From contig OZ242011.1 in NCBI GenBank assembly GCA_965204755.1, positions 2,400,001 through 2,464,000 on the forward strand: 64,000 nucleotides of DNA, written 5' to 3'. The notes below the pieces were generated by a model, which saw only the letters and a list, made by a program, of their open reading frames with translations, was not told the origin of the DNA and made no database searches. This document shows positions 21,711 through 31,063 of the stretch, in pieces. The translations under genes and the position numbers were made by a program. Every line of letters begins with the position of its first letter. The first letter of the stretch is position 1. Source of the DNA: Candidatus Marinacidobacterium sp. GTDB taxonomy: Bacteria > Acidobacteriota > Vicinamibacteria > Marinacidobacterales > Marinacidobacteraceae.

Positions 21711-24698
21711 ATGGCCGCGCGCGGGGGCGAACTGGCGCGCGCGCTCGCCTCCCGGATCGAGGGCCGGGTCCGCTTCGACCGGGCCTCGCGGCTCCTCTAC
21801 TCGACGGACGCGAGCATCTACCAGATCGAGCCGCTGGGGGTGGTGGTCCCCCGCCACCGAGGCGATGTGGCGGAGGCGGTGCGGACCGCGGCCGAGGCCG
21901 GCGCGCCGGTGCTCCCCCGCGGCGGCGGCACTTCGCTCGCCGGGCAGGCGGTGGGCGAAGCGGTGGTCCTCGACCTCTCCACCGACTTCCGGCGGGTCCT
22001 GGAAGTGAACCGCGAAGAACTCCGGGCGCGGGTCCAGCCCGGCGTGGTGCAGGACGCCCTGGGCGCCGCTCTCGCGCCGCTGGGACTCCGGTTCGGCCCG
22101 GAGACCTCCACCTCCAACCGGGCGAACCTGGGCGGGATGATCGGCAACAACTCCGCCGGCGCCCGGTCGCTGGTGTACGGGAAGACCGTCGAGAACCTGC
22201 TCGAGGCCTCGGTGGTCTTCCCGGACGGCTCCTGCGAGCGCCTCGGCTGGATGCGCTGGGAGGAGATCCGCCGGCGAGCCGCCGCCTTCGCCCGCGGGAA
22301 CGGCGCCGCCGGGGACCCGGTGTCGCGCGTCTGCGCCGCGGTCGCTTCCATCCGCGACGAGTACCGGGAGGACATCCGGGAGAGGTTCCCCCGCATCCCG
22401 CGCCGCGTCTCCGGCTACAACCTGGATGTCCTGCTCGACCCCGCGGGCGTCAACCTGGCGCACCTGGTGGTCGGCTCGGAGGGGACGCTCGGCGTCGTGG
22501 TCGAGGCGACGGTCCGCCTCCACCGGCTGCCGCCGGCGGTGGGGTTGGCCGTCCTCCACTTCGACGGCCTCCTGCCGGCGCTGGAAGCGGGGGTCGAAGC
22601 GCTCGAACTCCGGCCGAGCGCGGTGGAATTGGTGGACGGGACCGTCCTGCGCATGGCGCGGGAGTCGCTCGAGTACTCCCGGCGGCTGGGGTTCGTGAGC
22701 GGCGAGCCGGAGGCGCTCATCCTGGTGGAGTTCTCCGGGCCGAGCCGCGGCGAAGTCGCTTCCCGGATGGCGCGGCTGGAGCGGCGGCTCGGGCGGCGCG
22801 GCCAGCCGATGCTGCGGCTCCTCGACCCGGCGGCGCAGGCCAATGTGTGGAAAGTGCGGAAGGCGGCGCTCCCGCTGCTGCTCAGCCTCCCCGGCGACGA
22901 GAAGCCCATCGCCTTCGTCGAGGACACCGCGGTGGAACCGGCGCGCCTCCCGGAGTTCATCGCCCGGTTCGAGGAGATCCTCGCCGGGCGGGCCACGAAG
23001 GGCAGTTTCTACGCCCACGCCGGCGCCGGCTGCCTCCACATCCGCCCGCTCATCAACCTCAAGGATCCGCGGGAAGTCCGCAAGATGGAGGAGTTGGCGA
23101 GGGAGGTCTGCGACCTCGTCCTCGACTTCGGCGGTTCCATGAGCGGCGAGCACGGGGACGGGCTGGCGCGCAGCCACTTCAACGAGAAGGTGTTCGGCCC
23201 CCGCGTGTACGAGGCGTTCCGCCGGCTGAAGGCCGCCTTCGACCCGCAGGGGATCATGAACCCGGGGAAGGTGGTGGACGCCCCGGCGATGACCGACAAC
23301 CTCCGCTACGGCGAGTGGATGAAGCCGGTGGAGTTGCCGGTGGTGTTCCCCTACCGCCGCCAGCAAGGGTTCACCGGCGCGGTGGAACTGTGCAACGGCG
23401 CCGGCGTCTGCCGGAAGGAACTCAGCGGGACGATGTGCCCGTCGTTCATGGCGACCCGCGAGGAGGAACACTCGACCCGCGGCCGGGCGAACCTGATGCG
23501 GGCGCTGCTCGACGGCCGGCTCGCCCCCGGCGCGGAGTCCGAGGAGCGCGTCCTGGGGGCGCTCGACCTGTGCCTTTCGTGCAAGGCCTGCAAGGCGGAG
23601 TGCCCGTCCGGCGTGGACCTCGCCCGGCTGAAGTCGGACTTCCTGTTCCACTACTACCGGAACCGCCGCCGTCCGCTGGCCGACCGGGTCTTCGGCGCGC
23701 CGGACGCGCTGGCCCGGTTCGCGTCCCGGTTGGGGCCGGTGGCCGGTTGGCTCGCCTCCCGCGCCGGCCTCGGGGCCGCTTCCGGGTCGGGCCCGGGAGA
23801 CTCCGGGCGGAACGGGCCCGGGGGCGCCGCGGCGCGGCTGGTCGGCGGCGCGCTGCGCCGGACGCTGGGACTCGATCCCCGCCGCAGCCTGCCGGCGCTC
23901 GCCCGCGAGCCGTTCACCCGGTGGTTCGCGGCGAACGCCGCCGCCGGACAGCCCTCTTCCCCGCGTGGCGCCGTGGCGCTCTACCCGGACACCTTCACCA
24001 ACTACTTCGAACCGGAGGTGGGCGTGGCCGCCTGCCGGGTGCTCCAAGCGCTCGGCTACCGGGTTCGGCTGGCGCCGGCGGTCTGTTGCGGCCGCCCGGC
24101 GATCTCCCGGGGGATGCTCGACCGCGCCCGGCGGCTGGCCGCGGCGAGCGTTACCGCGCTCTCCGAGTTCGTGGATTCCGGGACGCCGGTGGTCGGGCTG
24201 GAACCGTCCTGCATCTTCACTTTCCGCGACGAGACGCCGGAACTCGTCCCCGAAGAACAGCAGCGCACCGCGGCGGCGCTCGCCGGGCAGACGCTGCTCT
24301 TCGACGAGTTCGTCTCCCGCGACGCGGCCCAGGTGCGGCAGTTGGCCGCCGGCCGGGCGGCCGAGACCCGCGCCGTGGCGCACGGCCACTGCCACCAGAA
24401 GGCGTTCTGCGGCGCCGGCCCCCTGAGCGCCGCCCTCGAAGCCACCGGCGCCGAAGTCACCGTCCTCGATTCCGGCTGCTGCGGCATGGCCGGCAGTTTC
24501 GGCTACACCGAGGCCCACTACGACCTCTCCTTGGACATCGGCGAACGCCGCCTCTTCCCCGCCGTCCGCGAGTTGGCCCCCCGGGACGCCCTGGTCGCCG
24601 CCGGCACCTCCTGCCGCCACCAGATCCGCGACGCCGTAGGCCGGGATGCGGAGCACCCGGCGCAGTTCCTGGCGCGGTTCGTGGGGCCGGGGGACTGA
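21711..24698 (+). CDS. FAD-linked oxidase with Fe-S/CCG domains (YdiJ/GlcD-GlcF-like)
   Basis: YSTDASIY, PRGGGTSLAGQ, GSEGTLG, SGEHGDG, CNGAGVC, CLSCKACKAECP, GCCGMAGSFGY. Confidence 0.93.
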   Translation: MAARGGELARALASRIEGRVRFDRASRLLYSTDASIYQIEPLGVVVPRHRGDVAEAVRTAAEAGAPVLPRGGGTSLAGQAVGEAVVLDLSTDFRRVLEVNREELRARVQPGVVQDALGAALAPLGLRFGPETSTSNRANLGGMIGNNSAGARSLVYGKTVENLLEASVVFPDGSCERLGWMRWEEIRRRAAAFARGNGAAGDPVSRVCAAVASIRDEYREDIRERFPRIPRRVSGYNLDVLLDPAGVNLAHLVVGSEGTLGVVVEATVRLHRLPPAVGLAVLHFDGLLPALEAGVEALELRPSAVELVDGTVLRMARESLEYSRRLGFVSGEPEALILVEFSGPSRGEVASRMARLERRLGRRGQPMLRLLDPAAQANVWKVRKAALPLLLSLPGDEKPIAFVEDTAVEPARLPEFIARFEEILAGRATKGSFYAHAGAGCLHIRPLINLKDPREVRKMEELAREVCDLVLDFGGSMSGEHGDGLARSHFNEKVFGPRVYEAFRRLKAAFDPQGIMNPGKVVDAPAMTDNLRYGEWMKPVELPVVFPYRRQQGFTGAVELCNGAGVCRKELSGTMCPSFMATREEEHSTRGRANLMRALLDGRLAPGAESEERVLGALDLCLSCKACKAECPSGVDLARLKSDFLFHYYRNRRRPLADRVFGAPDALARFASRLGPVAGWLASRAGLGAASGSGPGDSGRNGPGGAAARLVGGALRRTLGLDPRRSLPALAREPFTRWFAANAAAGQPSSPRGAVALYPDTFTNYFEPEVGVAACRVLQALGYRVRLAPAVCCGRPAISRGMLDRARRLAAASVTALSEFVDSGTPVVGLEPSCIFTFRDETPELVPEEQQRTAAALAGQTLLFDEFVSRDAAQVRQLAAGRAAETRAVAHGHCHQKAFCGAGPLSAALEATGAEVTVLDSGCCGMAGSFGYTEAHYDLSLDIGERRLFPAVRELAPRDALVAAGTSCRHQIRDAVGRDAEHPAQFLARFVGPGD

Positions 24699-24799
24699 CG
24701 ACTTCCGCCGGGGGCGCGGCGACCCCGGCAGCGGACACCCGCTGCTGCGCGACGGCGTTGCCGATGAGGGCGAGGGCGAGCGGTAATCTGCAGGTCGAG

Positions 24800-25483
24800 A
24801 TGTCCGACGCGCTGCCCGACCGGCGCCGCTCCATAGCCCGATCCGAGGTGGTCCTCTCGGCGATGGCGGCCGGCGGCGCCGGGACGCTCTTCGAACCGGC
24901 CCGAATCCGGACCCTGCTGTTCCTGATCGACCGGGAGATCCCCGAGCCGTTCGGGGGTCCCCACTTCGACTTCCGTCCGAACGACTACGGCCCGTTCGAC
25001 CGGGCGGTCCATGACGAGTTGGACACCTTGAACCGGAGCGGACAAGTCTGCATCGCGGACGGCCCCGACCGGAGAACCTACGCGTTGACGAAAACGGGAC
25101 TGAACAAGGGAAGGCGAGACCTGAGCCGGCTTCCGAACGAAGTCCGCCAGTACCTGCGCGAACTGGCGAGGTGGGCGCTCTCCCTTCGTTTCGGACGACT
25201 GCTCGCGGCCATCTACTGCCGGTACCCGGAGATGGCGACGAACAACCCGGCGCCGGGTGCGGAGCGCCCTTCTTCGTCGAGTGCGCGACGATCCGACTTG
25301 TCGCCGTTCTCGGAAGGTCTCGTGAGTGCTTTCGACATGACCGGCACATTCCTGACTCCGCTCCCGCGCCAGACCGGGTTCCCACGGGACGCCGAGGCGC
25401 TGCGGGCTGACTGGCGCGCGGTAGGGGACGACCTCCGCGCCGCCATGGCCGAATACGCCACGGAAGAAACGGAAAGTGTCTGA
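24800..25483 (+). CDS. SocA/Panacea(YwgA)-like protein, possible antitoxin
   Basis: LLFLID...FDFRPNDYGPFD..V.DEL and IYCRYPE pattern. Confidence 0.55.
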   Translation: MSDALPDRRRSIARSEVVLSAMAAGGAGTLFEPARIRTLLFLIDREIPEPFGGPHFDFRPNDYGPFDRAVHDELDTLNRSGQVCIADGPDRRTYALTKTGLNKGRRDLSRLPNEVRQYLRELARWALSLRFGRLLAAIYCRYPEMATNNPAPGAERPSSSSARRSDLSPFSEGLVSAFDMTGTFLTPLPRQTGFPRDAEALRADWRAVGDDLRAAMAEYATEETESV

Positions 25484-26306
25484 TCCCGACGAGCGCCGCA
25501 GGCCCATCCTGCTCAAGGACATCTGGCCCATGGCTGACCTGCGCGAGTACAAACTCCACTTCGCCGTGTACAACGGCAAACACCAGCCTCTGGATGTCTG
25601 GGTCCGAAACCCGGAGGATTGGCACGGATGGCAGGCCTATCGCCCGCACCGTAACGAGTTCAACCGACCCTACATCTTCTCAGTCATGGATTTCTATCGG
25701 GAAAGGGACATCTGGCTCTTTGGCGGTATCTTCCGGGTCGTTGCTCGCCACGCGGATCGCTACGAAGTGGAGTTGACTTCGCGCGGCGCACCCCTCATCG
25801 GCCGACTGAAACTCAAGTCCGACTACCGGGAGCGGCTCAGGCGAGTCAAGTTCGAGAACCACTACGAATCTCTCGAAGTTGCCGAGGTTCTCCGGGAGCC
25901 CTTCTCCGGGAGAGTTTTTCCGGGGTACGAGAGCATCGATCTCACTTTTCCGGAACTTGAGAATCTGGTGGCCCGCCAACGGCCCGATTGGAGATCTGCG
26001 CTATCTCATGTGAACGGCGTGTATCTCGTCACTGACACGGCGACAGGTAAGCGTTATGTCGGATCCGCTTACGGCAACGACGGGATCTGGGGGCGTTGGG
26101 CCGCGTACGCGCAGTCCGGTCACGGCGGGAACAAACAACTCCGCGAGTTGGTTGGGCGAGACCTGACCTATCCCCGGGCGCACTTCCGCTACACGCTGCT
26201 GGAGTTCTTCCCGTTCGGGACGCCGGATGCGGTGGTGATCGGCCGCGAGGGATTCTGGAAGGATGTCCTGTTGACGCGGGGGAAGTTCGGCCTCAACAGC
26301 AACTGA
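25476..26306 (+). CDS. GIY-YIG nuclease family protein
   Basis: GVYLVTD...KRYVGSAYG..GIWGRW..Y; RE.FWK..L..GLNSN. Confidence 0.85.
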   Translation: MSDPDERRRPILLKDIWPMADLREYKLHFAVYNGKHQPLDVWVRNPEDWHGWQAYRPHRNEFNRPYIFSVMDFYRERDIWLFGGIFRVVARHADRYEVELTSRGAPLIGRLKLKSDYRERLRRVKFENHYESLEVAEVLREPFSGRVFPGYESIDLTFPELENLVARQRPDWRSALSHVNGVYLVTDTATGKRYVGSAYGNDGIWGRWAAYAQSGHGGNKQLRELVGRDLTYPRAHFRYTLLEFFPFGTPDAVVIGREGFWKDVLLTRGKFGLNSN

Positions 26307-26389
26307 CCTCCCCGACAACTCGGAGGCCGGCGAACGAGCGGTTCGCTTCTCGGGGCTGCGGGGGCGGTCCGCCGGCCCGCCCCGCAGAG

Positions 26390-26995
26390 TCAGCGCGGGC
26401 GGGTGCCGCCGGTGGAGGTGGCTTCGAAGCGCCAGTCGGAGTAGCGGCGGGCGCCCTGGTAGACGCGGAAACTGAGGAGGCCGCTCTCGCTGGCGACGCC
26501 GATGATGCCGGAGGGGGTGGCGGCGGCCTCGGACGGGCCTTCTTCGCGGGCCTCGGTCGGCAGGGCTTCGGTGAGGCCGGGGCGTTCCATGAGGAGGGTC
26601 GGGTCTCCTTCCGCCGGGTTGGGGGGCGGCAGGGGGCGCGCGCCCGGCCCCGTGCCGCCGGCGGAGGCGCCGCCCTCCCGGCGCAGGAGGCGGAAGGGGC
26701 GGCCGGTGAACGGGTCGAGCCAGGCGCGGCGCAGGTACTTCTCTTCCACGAGTTGCTCCAGACTCTCGGGGAGCGTTCCGGGGCGGGTTTCGGAAAACCT
26801 TTCGATGGCCCGCACCACGGCTTCGCCCCGGAACAGCAACTCCGCTTCGCGTTCGCGCTGCAGGACCCGGCTCCACAGCGTGTTCGCGACCAACAGGCCG
26901 ATGCCGACCAAGTTCACGCCGACCAGCACGCCGAAGAGGACGAAACCGGCCGCGCCGCCGCCGGCGTTCTGCGCGCTCGCGGCGCGGCTCACCAT
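26390..26995 (-). CDS. Type II secretion/type IV pilin-like minor subunit
   Basis: GFVLFG N-terminus; REAELLFRG; KYLRRAWLDPFTG. Confidence 0.75.
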   Translation of the reverse strand: MVSRAASAQNAGGGAAGFVLFGVLVGVNLVGIGLLVANTLWSRVLQREREAELLFRGEAVVRAIERFSETRPGTLPESLEQLVEEKYLRRAWLDPFTGRPFRLLRREGGASAGGTGPGARPLPPPNPAEGDPTLLMERPGLTEALPTEAREEGPSEAAATPSGIIGVASESGLLSFRVYQGARRYSDWRFEATSTGGTRPR

Positions 26996-27435
26996 TCTCG
27001 GTAGGGGCGGCCGTCGGTGCCGACTTCGGTGGATCTGCTCCGGACATCGGAGACGCCGGAGACCGCGCTCGGGAACAGCGGGTCGTAGTCGTCGCGGACT
27101 TCTTCCCAGAGGATCGAATCCGTCATCGGGTCTTCGGGCACTTCCCGCAAGTACCCGGTGACCACGAGTTCCGCGAGACTGTCCGGGTACTGGTCCCGGT
27201 CCGCCCGGTATTGGTCCAGCCGCTCGCGCAGCACCGCCAAGTTGTGCTGAAGCACGGCTTCCTTCGCCTTCACGATCTGCGCCTGGTAGCGGGGAAGGGC
27301 GATCCCGAACAGGACGCCGAGCACCAGCAGCACCAGCACCATCTCGAGGAAACTGAACCCGGCGGCGGGTTTCGCCGCGGACGGCCGGCCGGACCTTCCG
27401 GCGGGTTTCCGGGCGGGGAGCGGCGTTGTCACCAT
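26989..27435 (-). CDS. Prepilin-type (GspG-like) protein
   Basis: GFSFLEMVLV cleavage/methylation motif; YLREVPEDPMT. Confidence 0.88.
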   Translation of the reverse strand: MVTTPLPARKPAGRSGRPSAAKPAAGFSFLEMVLVLLVLGVLFGIALPRYQAQIVKAKEAVLQHNLAVLRERLDQYRADRDQYPDSLAELVVTGYLREVPEDPMTDSILWEEVRDDYDPLFPSAVSGVSDVRSRSTEVGTDGRPYREW

Positions 27436-27941
27436 GAGCGGTATCTCGTTCCGTCGAGCGCGATTCCCGGAGAAGCGGAGCGGAGGTCGTACACATTCTC
27501 GCCGCCCCAGGAGAGTCGGCCCGGGTCGTCCTGGTGCGACCGCAACAGCCAGTCCGCTCTCCCGGTGATCGGGTCCACCGGCACGCGGCGAAGGAAACGC
27601 AGCACCGTCGGCCGTCCGTACTCGTCGTCCGGCCCGGGCGCGCCCTCCACCAGCGTGTCCAGGTCGGGCGGGTAGTTCCGGTGCTCCGGCTCGAGGAAGT
27701 CGGCAGAGATCTCGCCGGCTTCCGCCGCTCGGTGGTACCCGTCTATCGCGGAGCGCACCGACCGCAGCGTGCGCCGGAGTTCCACTTCCTTCACGCGCAC
27801 CGAAGTCACTTTCGCCACCGGCACGATGGCGAGCGCCAGCACGGCGAGGATCCCGGCGGCGACGACGAGTTCGACCAGCGTGAACCCCGCCGACCGGCCC
27901 GGCGCCGGTCGGTTCGGGGACGGACGGAAGCGCGGCGGCAC
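27429..27941 (-). CDS. Prepilin-type (GspG-like) protein
   Basis: GFTLVELVV motif; FLRRVPVDPITG. Confidence 0.88.
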   Translation of the reverse strand: MPPRFRPSPNRPAPGRSAGFTLVELVVAAGILAVLALAIVPVAKVTSVRVKEVELRRTLRSVRSAIDGYHRAAEAGEISADFLEPEHRNYPPDLDTLVEGAPGPDDEYGRPTVLRFLRRVPVDPITGRADWLLRSHQDDPGRLSWGGENVYDLRSASPGIALDGTRYRSW

Positions 27942-27944
27942 GAC

Positions 27945-29213
27945 TCAGAACTGGGGCACGGAGGCCAAACCGAACAGCGGCAGGTAGATCGCTAGCAGCA
28001 CCAGCGCCACGAATCCGCCAAGGATCACGAGCACTACGGGCGTGAGCAGGCTGAGCAGCACGGCGACCCGGTTCTCCACCACCTCGTCGTTGAAGTCGCT
28101 GACCGAGAGCACCATCCGCGCGAGGTCCCCGGTGCTCTCGCCGACCCGCACCATCTGCAGCGCGAAACCGGGGACTTCACCGGAGCCGTCGAGCGTGTCG
28201 GCCAGCGACCGGCCCTGCCGGATCTCGTCCGCGGTCGGCGCCATCGCGGCGCGGAAGTGGCGGTTCGAGACCGCTCCCGCGGCGACCGGCAGCGCGCCGG
28301 CGAGCGGCATTCCCCCGGCGAGGAGCGTGCCGAGCGCACGGCAGAACTGGGAGACCGAGTAGAGCCGGAGGACTTCCCCCACGGCCGGGAGCGAGAGCGC
28401 GAACCGGTCGCGGAGCCGCGCGGCGCCGTCGGTGCGCGAGAAGAAGTAGGCCGCGAGCGCCGCGGCCGCGACTGCGCCGGCCACCCAGGCCAGGCGGTCG
28501 CGCAGGAACTCGGCGGCGCCGAGGAGCGCCCGGGTCAGCGGCGGCAACTGCTGGTCGAAGCCGGCGAAGAAGGGGATGAAACTCGGCACGACGCCCAGCA
28601 GCAGGAAGCCGGCGGTGCCGAGCAGGGCCGCGAGCAGGAACGCCGGATACACCAGCGCCGCCGCCAGGTTCGACCGCGCCTTGACCGCCACCCTCATCGC
28701 CGCCGTGAACCGCTCGATCATCCCGGCGAGGTCGCCGCTCGACTCGCCGGCGCGGAGGCAGGCGGAATAGACGCCGGGGAAGAAGCGGTGGCGGGCGGCG
28801 GCCTCGCTCAGCGGCGCTCCGGCGCGCACCTCGGCGAGCATCGCGGAAACGGCGGCGCGGAGCGTGGGGTGGTCCATCCGCTCCACCATGATGGCGAGCG
28901 ACTCGGCGAGCGGGAGGCCGGCGCGGAGCAGCGCCGCGAGTTCCTGGTTGAACAGCAGGACCTCCCGGGGCTTGACCCGGCGCCGGCGGAAGCGGAATCC
29001 CGGAGCGCTTCCCGCCGCTTCGGCCGGGCGCGCGGCGGCCCGGTCGCGCGTTCGCCGGAAGAGTCTCTCGAACCGGCCGAGGCGGACGACGGACAGGACG
29101 CGATGGCCCCGCTCGGCCAGCCGGGCGCGGGCTTCGTCGGCGCTGCGCGCGGCCACGCGCAGCCGCGCCAACTCCCCGCCGGGGTCGCCGATCTGGCAGA
29201 GGTACTCGGGCAT
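27945..29213 (-). CDS. GspF/PilC family inner-membrane platform protein
   Basis: LAALLRAGLPL, AGESSGDL, ALVYP, VGESTGDL, AIYLPLF. Confidence 0.92.
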   Translation of the reverse strand: MPEYLCQIGDPGGELARLRVAARSADEARARLAERGHRVLSVVRLGRFERLFRRTRDRAAARPAEAAGSAPGFRFRRRRVKPREVLLFNQELAALLRAGLPLAESLAIMVERMDHPTLRAAVSAMLAEVRAGAPLSEAAARHRFFPGVYSACLRAGESSGDLAGMIERFTAAMRVAVKARSNLAAALVYPAFLLAALLGTAGFLLLGVVPSFIPFFAGFDQQLPPLTRALLGAAEFLRDRLAWVAGAVAAAALAAYFFSRTDGAARLRDRFALSLPAVGEVLRLYSVSQFCRALGTLLAGGMPLAGALPVAAGAVSNRHFRAAMAPTADEIRQGRSLADTLDGSGEVPGFALQMVRVGESTGDLARMVLSVSDFNDEVVENRVAVLLSLLTPVVLVILGGFVALVLLAIYLPLFGLASVPQF

Positions 29214-29272
29214 CGGAACCGGGAAGGGATGGTACGCGCCGGTTACACTCGCGCGGACGCCGAACCGCCGCC

Positions 29273-29785
29273 GTGAGCCGCAAGAAGACGACCCGCCGCA
29301 AACGCCGCAGCCGGGGCGCCGGGGCGCGCGGGGCCTCCGCCGCGCCGGGGCAGGTCCTCGCGGAGAACCGCCGCGCCCGGCGGCTGTTCACCGTGCTGGA
29401 GCGGTTCGAAGCGGGGATCGCGCTCACCGGCGCCGAAGTGAAGTCCTGCCGGATGGGCGGCGCCAACCTGAAGGACTCCTACGGACGGGAGCGGAACGGG
29501 GAACTGTTCCTGGTGAATTGCCACATCGCCCCCTACGCCCACGCGGCGGCGAACCGGGACGACCCGGACCGGAACCGCAAACTGCTCCTCCACGCGGCCG
29601 AGATGAAGCGCATCGCCGGGCAACTGGCGACCGCGGGGCTGACCTTGGTCCCGCTCCGCATCTATGTGCGGAACGGGTGGATCAAGGTGCAGGTGGCGCT
29701 GGCGAAGGGCCGCAGCGTGCGCGACCGTCGCGAGGCGGTTCGCGAACGCGAGGCGCAGCGGGAGGTCCGGGAAGCGCTCGGTTGA
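29273..29785 (+). CDS. smpB: SsrA-binding protein
   Basis: NRRAR, FEAGIALTGAEVKS, RKLLLH, GLTLVPL, ALAKG..DRR. Confidence 0.95.
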   Translation: MSRKKTTRRKRRSRGAGARGASAAPGQVLAENRRARRLFTVLERFEAGIALTGAEVKSCRMGGANLKDSYGRERNGELFLVNCHIAPYAHAAANRDDPDRNRKLLLHAAEMKRIAGQLATAGLTLVPLRIYVRNGWIKVQVALAKGRSVRDRREAVREREAQREVREALG

Positions 29786-29922
29786 CGCCGCGCGCGGGAC
29801 TCGGGCGTCCGGGGCGGCGGCGGAACCGCCGGTCTCCGGCGGCCTTCGGCGGGCGCGGCAGGTTCCCGGCCTCCTCCATCGAGTCGCCGCGCCGCGCATC
29901 GGCGGGCCGGGCCGTCGGCCGC

Positions 29923-29928
29923 TATATT
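29923..29928 (+). promoter_or_regulatory. Putative -10 box (TATATT), probably leaderless fic transcript
   Basis: 7 nt before ATG 29936; the same element lies at 31052-31057, 6 nt before the second fic. Confidence 0.5.
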
Positions 29929-29935
29929 GGTTGCG

Positions 29936-30943
29936 ATGGCCGAACCTCCGGGCCCGAAACCCTACGGCGCTCGCTGGCGCCGAGTCGCCGACCTGCCGAC
30001 TGCCGCCGAGACTTGGGGTGTATCCACTTATCGGGAGGTGGTCGAGGAATGGCGCGAAGTCCGGCGGAACTTGGAAGATCGGAAGGTCGGCCGTGAACTC
30101 ATGGACATCTGGCTCCGGGAGCGGAAGCGCGCCTTCGCCATCGAGACGGGACAGATCGAGGATCTCTACCTCCTCCGCCGCGGCGTGGCGGAACATCTCA
30201 TCGCCGAGGGTTTCGAAGGAGTGCGGGGCGCCCACAGCGTCACGGGAGAACTCGACGACGACACGCTTCGCGGGCTCCTCGAAGACCAGGAAGAGACGCT
30301 CGAGATCGTCTTCGACATGGCCAAAGGCGGAACCCCGCTGAGCCACACGACGATCAAGGGGCTTCACGCGATCCTGACGCGGCATCAGGAGACGGCGGCG
30401 GGCATTCACGGTCTCACCGGCGAACGGATCCAGATTCCGCTGAGGAAGGGCGACTACAAGATCCGGCCGAACAACCCGCGCCGCCACGACGGCTTCGTCC
30501 ATGAGTATTGCCCGCCGGAGCAAGTGGACTCCGAGATGGATGCGTTCCTCGAGTTCCACCGTTCTCACGCGAAGAGCGATCTGCCGACGGAAGTGGAGGC
30601 GGCGTGGATGCATCACGCCTTCGTCCGCATCCACCCGTTTCAGGACGGCAACGGGCGCATTTCCCGGCTCTTGGTGGCCTATGTCTTCGTGCGGAACGGC
30701 GAGTTCCCACCGGTGGTTCCGTCGGAGGGAAAGCCGATCTACATCCGCACGCTGGAAGCGGCGGACGACGGGAACCTGCAGCCGTTCATCGAGTACTTGG
30801 CTTTGCGTTCCCAAGAGAGCACTCGGGACGCCGCTCTCGTAGGCCGACAGATCCTCGAGGGACATAACCACCTGCGGCATGGCAACGGCGGGATCACGGT
30901 CAACGGGAAGTACTACCCGCCCCTGGAAGGACTTCCGGTCTGA
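29936..30943 (+). CDS. Fic family protein (paralogue 1)
   Basis: Canonical HPFQDGNGRISR. Confidence 0.92.
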   Translation: MAEPPGPKPYGARWRRVADLPTAAETWGVSTYREVVEEWREVRRNLEDRKVGRELMDIWLRERKRAFAIETGQIEDLYLLRRGVAEHLIAEGFEGVRGAHSVTGELDDDTLRGLLEDQEETLEIVFDMAKGGTPLSHTTIKGLHAILTRHQETAAGIHGLTGERIQIPLRKGDYKIRPNNPRRHDGFVHEYCPPEQVDSEMDAFLEFHRSHAKSDLPTEVEAAWMHHAFVRIHPFQDGNGRISRLLVAYVFVRNGEFPPVVPSEGKPIYIRTLEAADDGNLQPFIEYLALRSQESTRDAALVGRQILEGHNHLRHGNGGITVNGKYYPPLEGLPV

Positions 30944-31063
30944 TTCGACCGGTCCTCCCCGGCGATCGCTCGACACGGGCGCGGCCCCGGGGAGGCCGCA
31001 CGCAGCGGATCGAGTGCTGCCCGCCCGTTGGCGGGTTCGGCGACGGGCGGCTATATTGGTTCG

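Noticed and set aside
18246-25649. 2467-aa minus-strand ORF and many other long Arg/Pro/Gly-rich ORFs
   Set aside because: Shadow frames of real genes in high-GC DNA; no motifs.
26390-29213. GspF plus three pilin-like genes as a novel secretion system
   Set aside because: Ordinary partial T2SS/T4P cluster; the ATPase and secretin are probably encoded elsewhere.
29786-29920. tmRNA (ssrA) or integration site after smpB
   Set aside because: Too short; no tRNA-like ends, att repeat or integrase seen.
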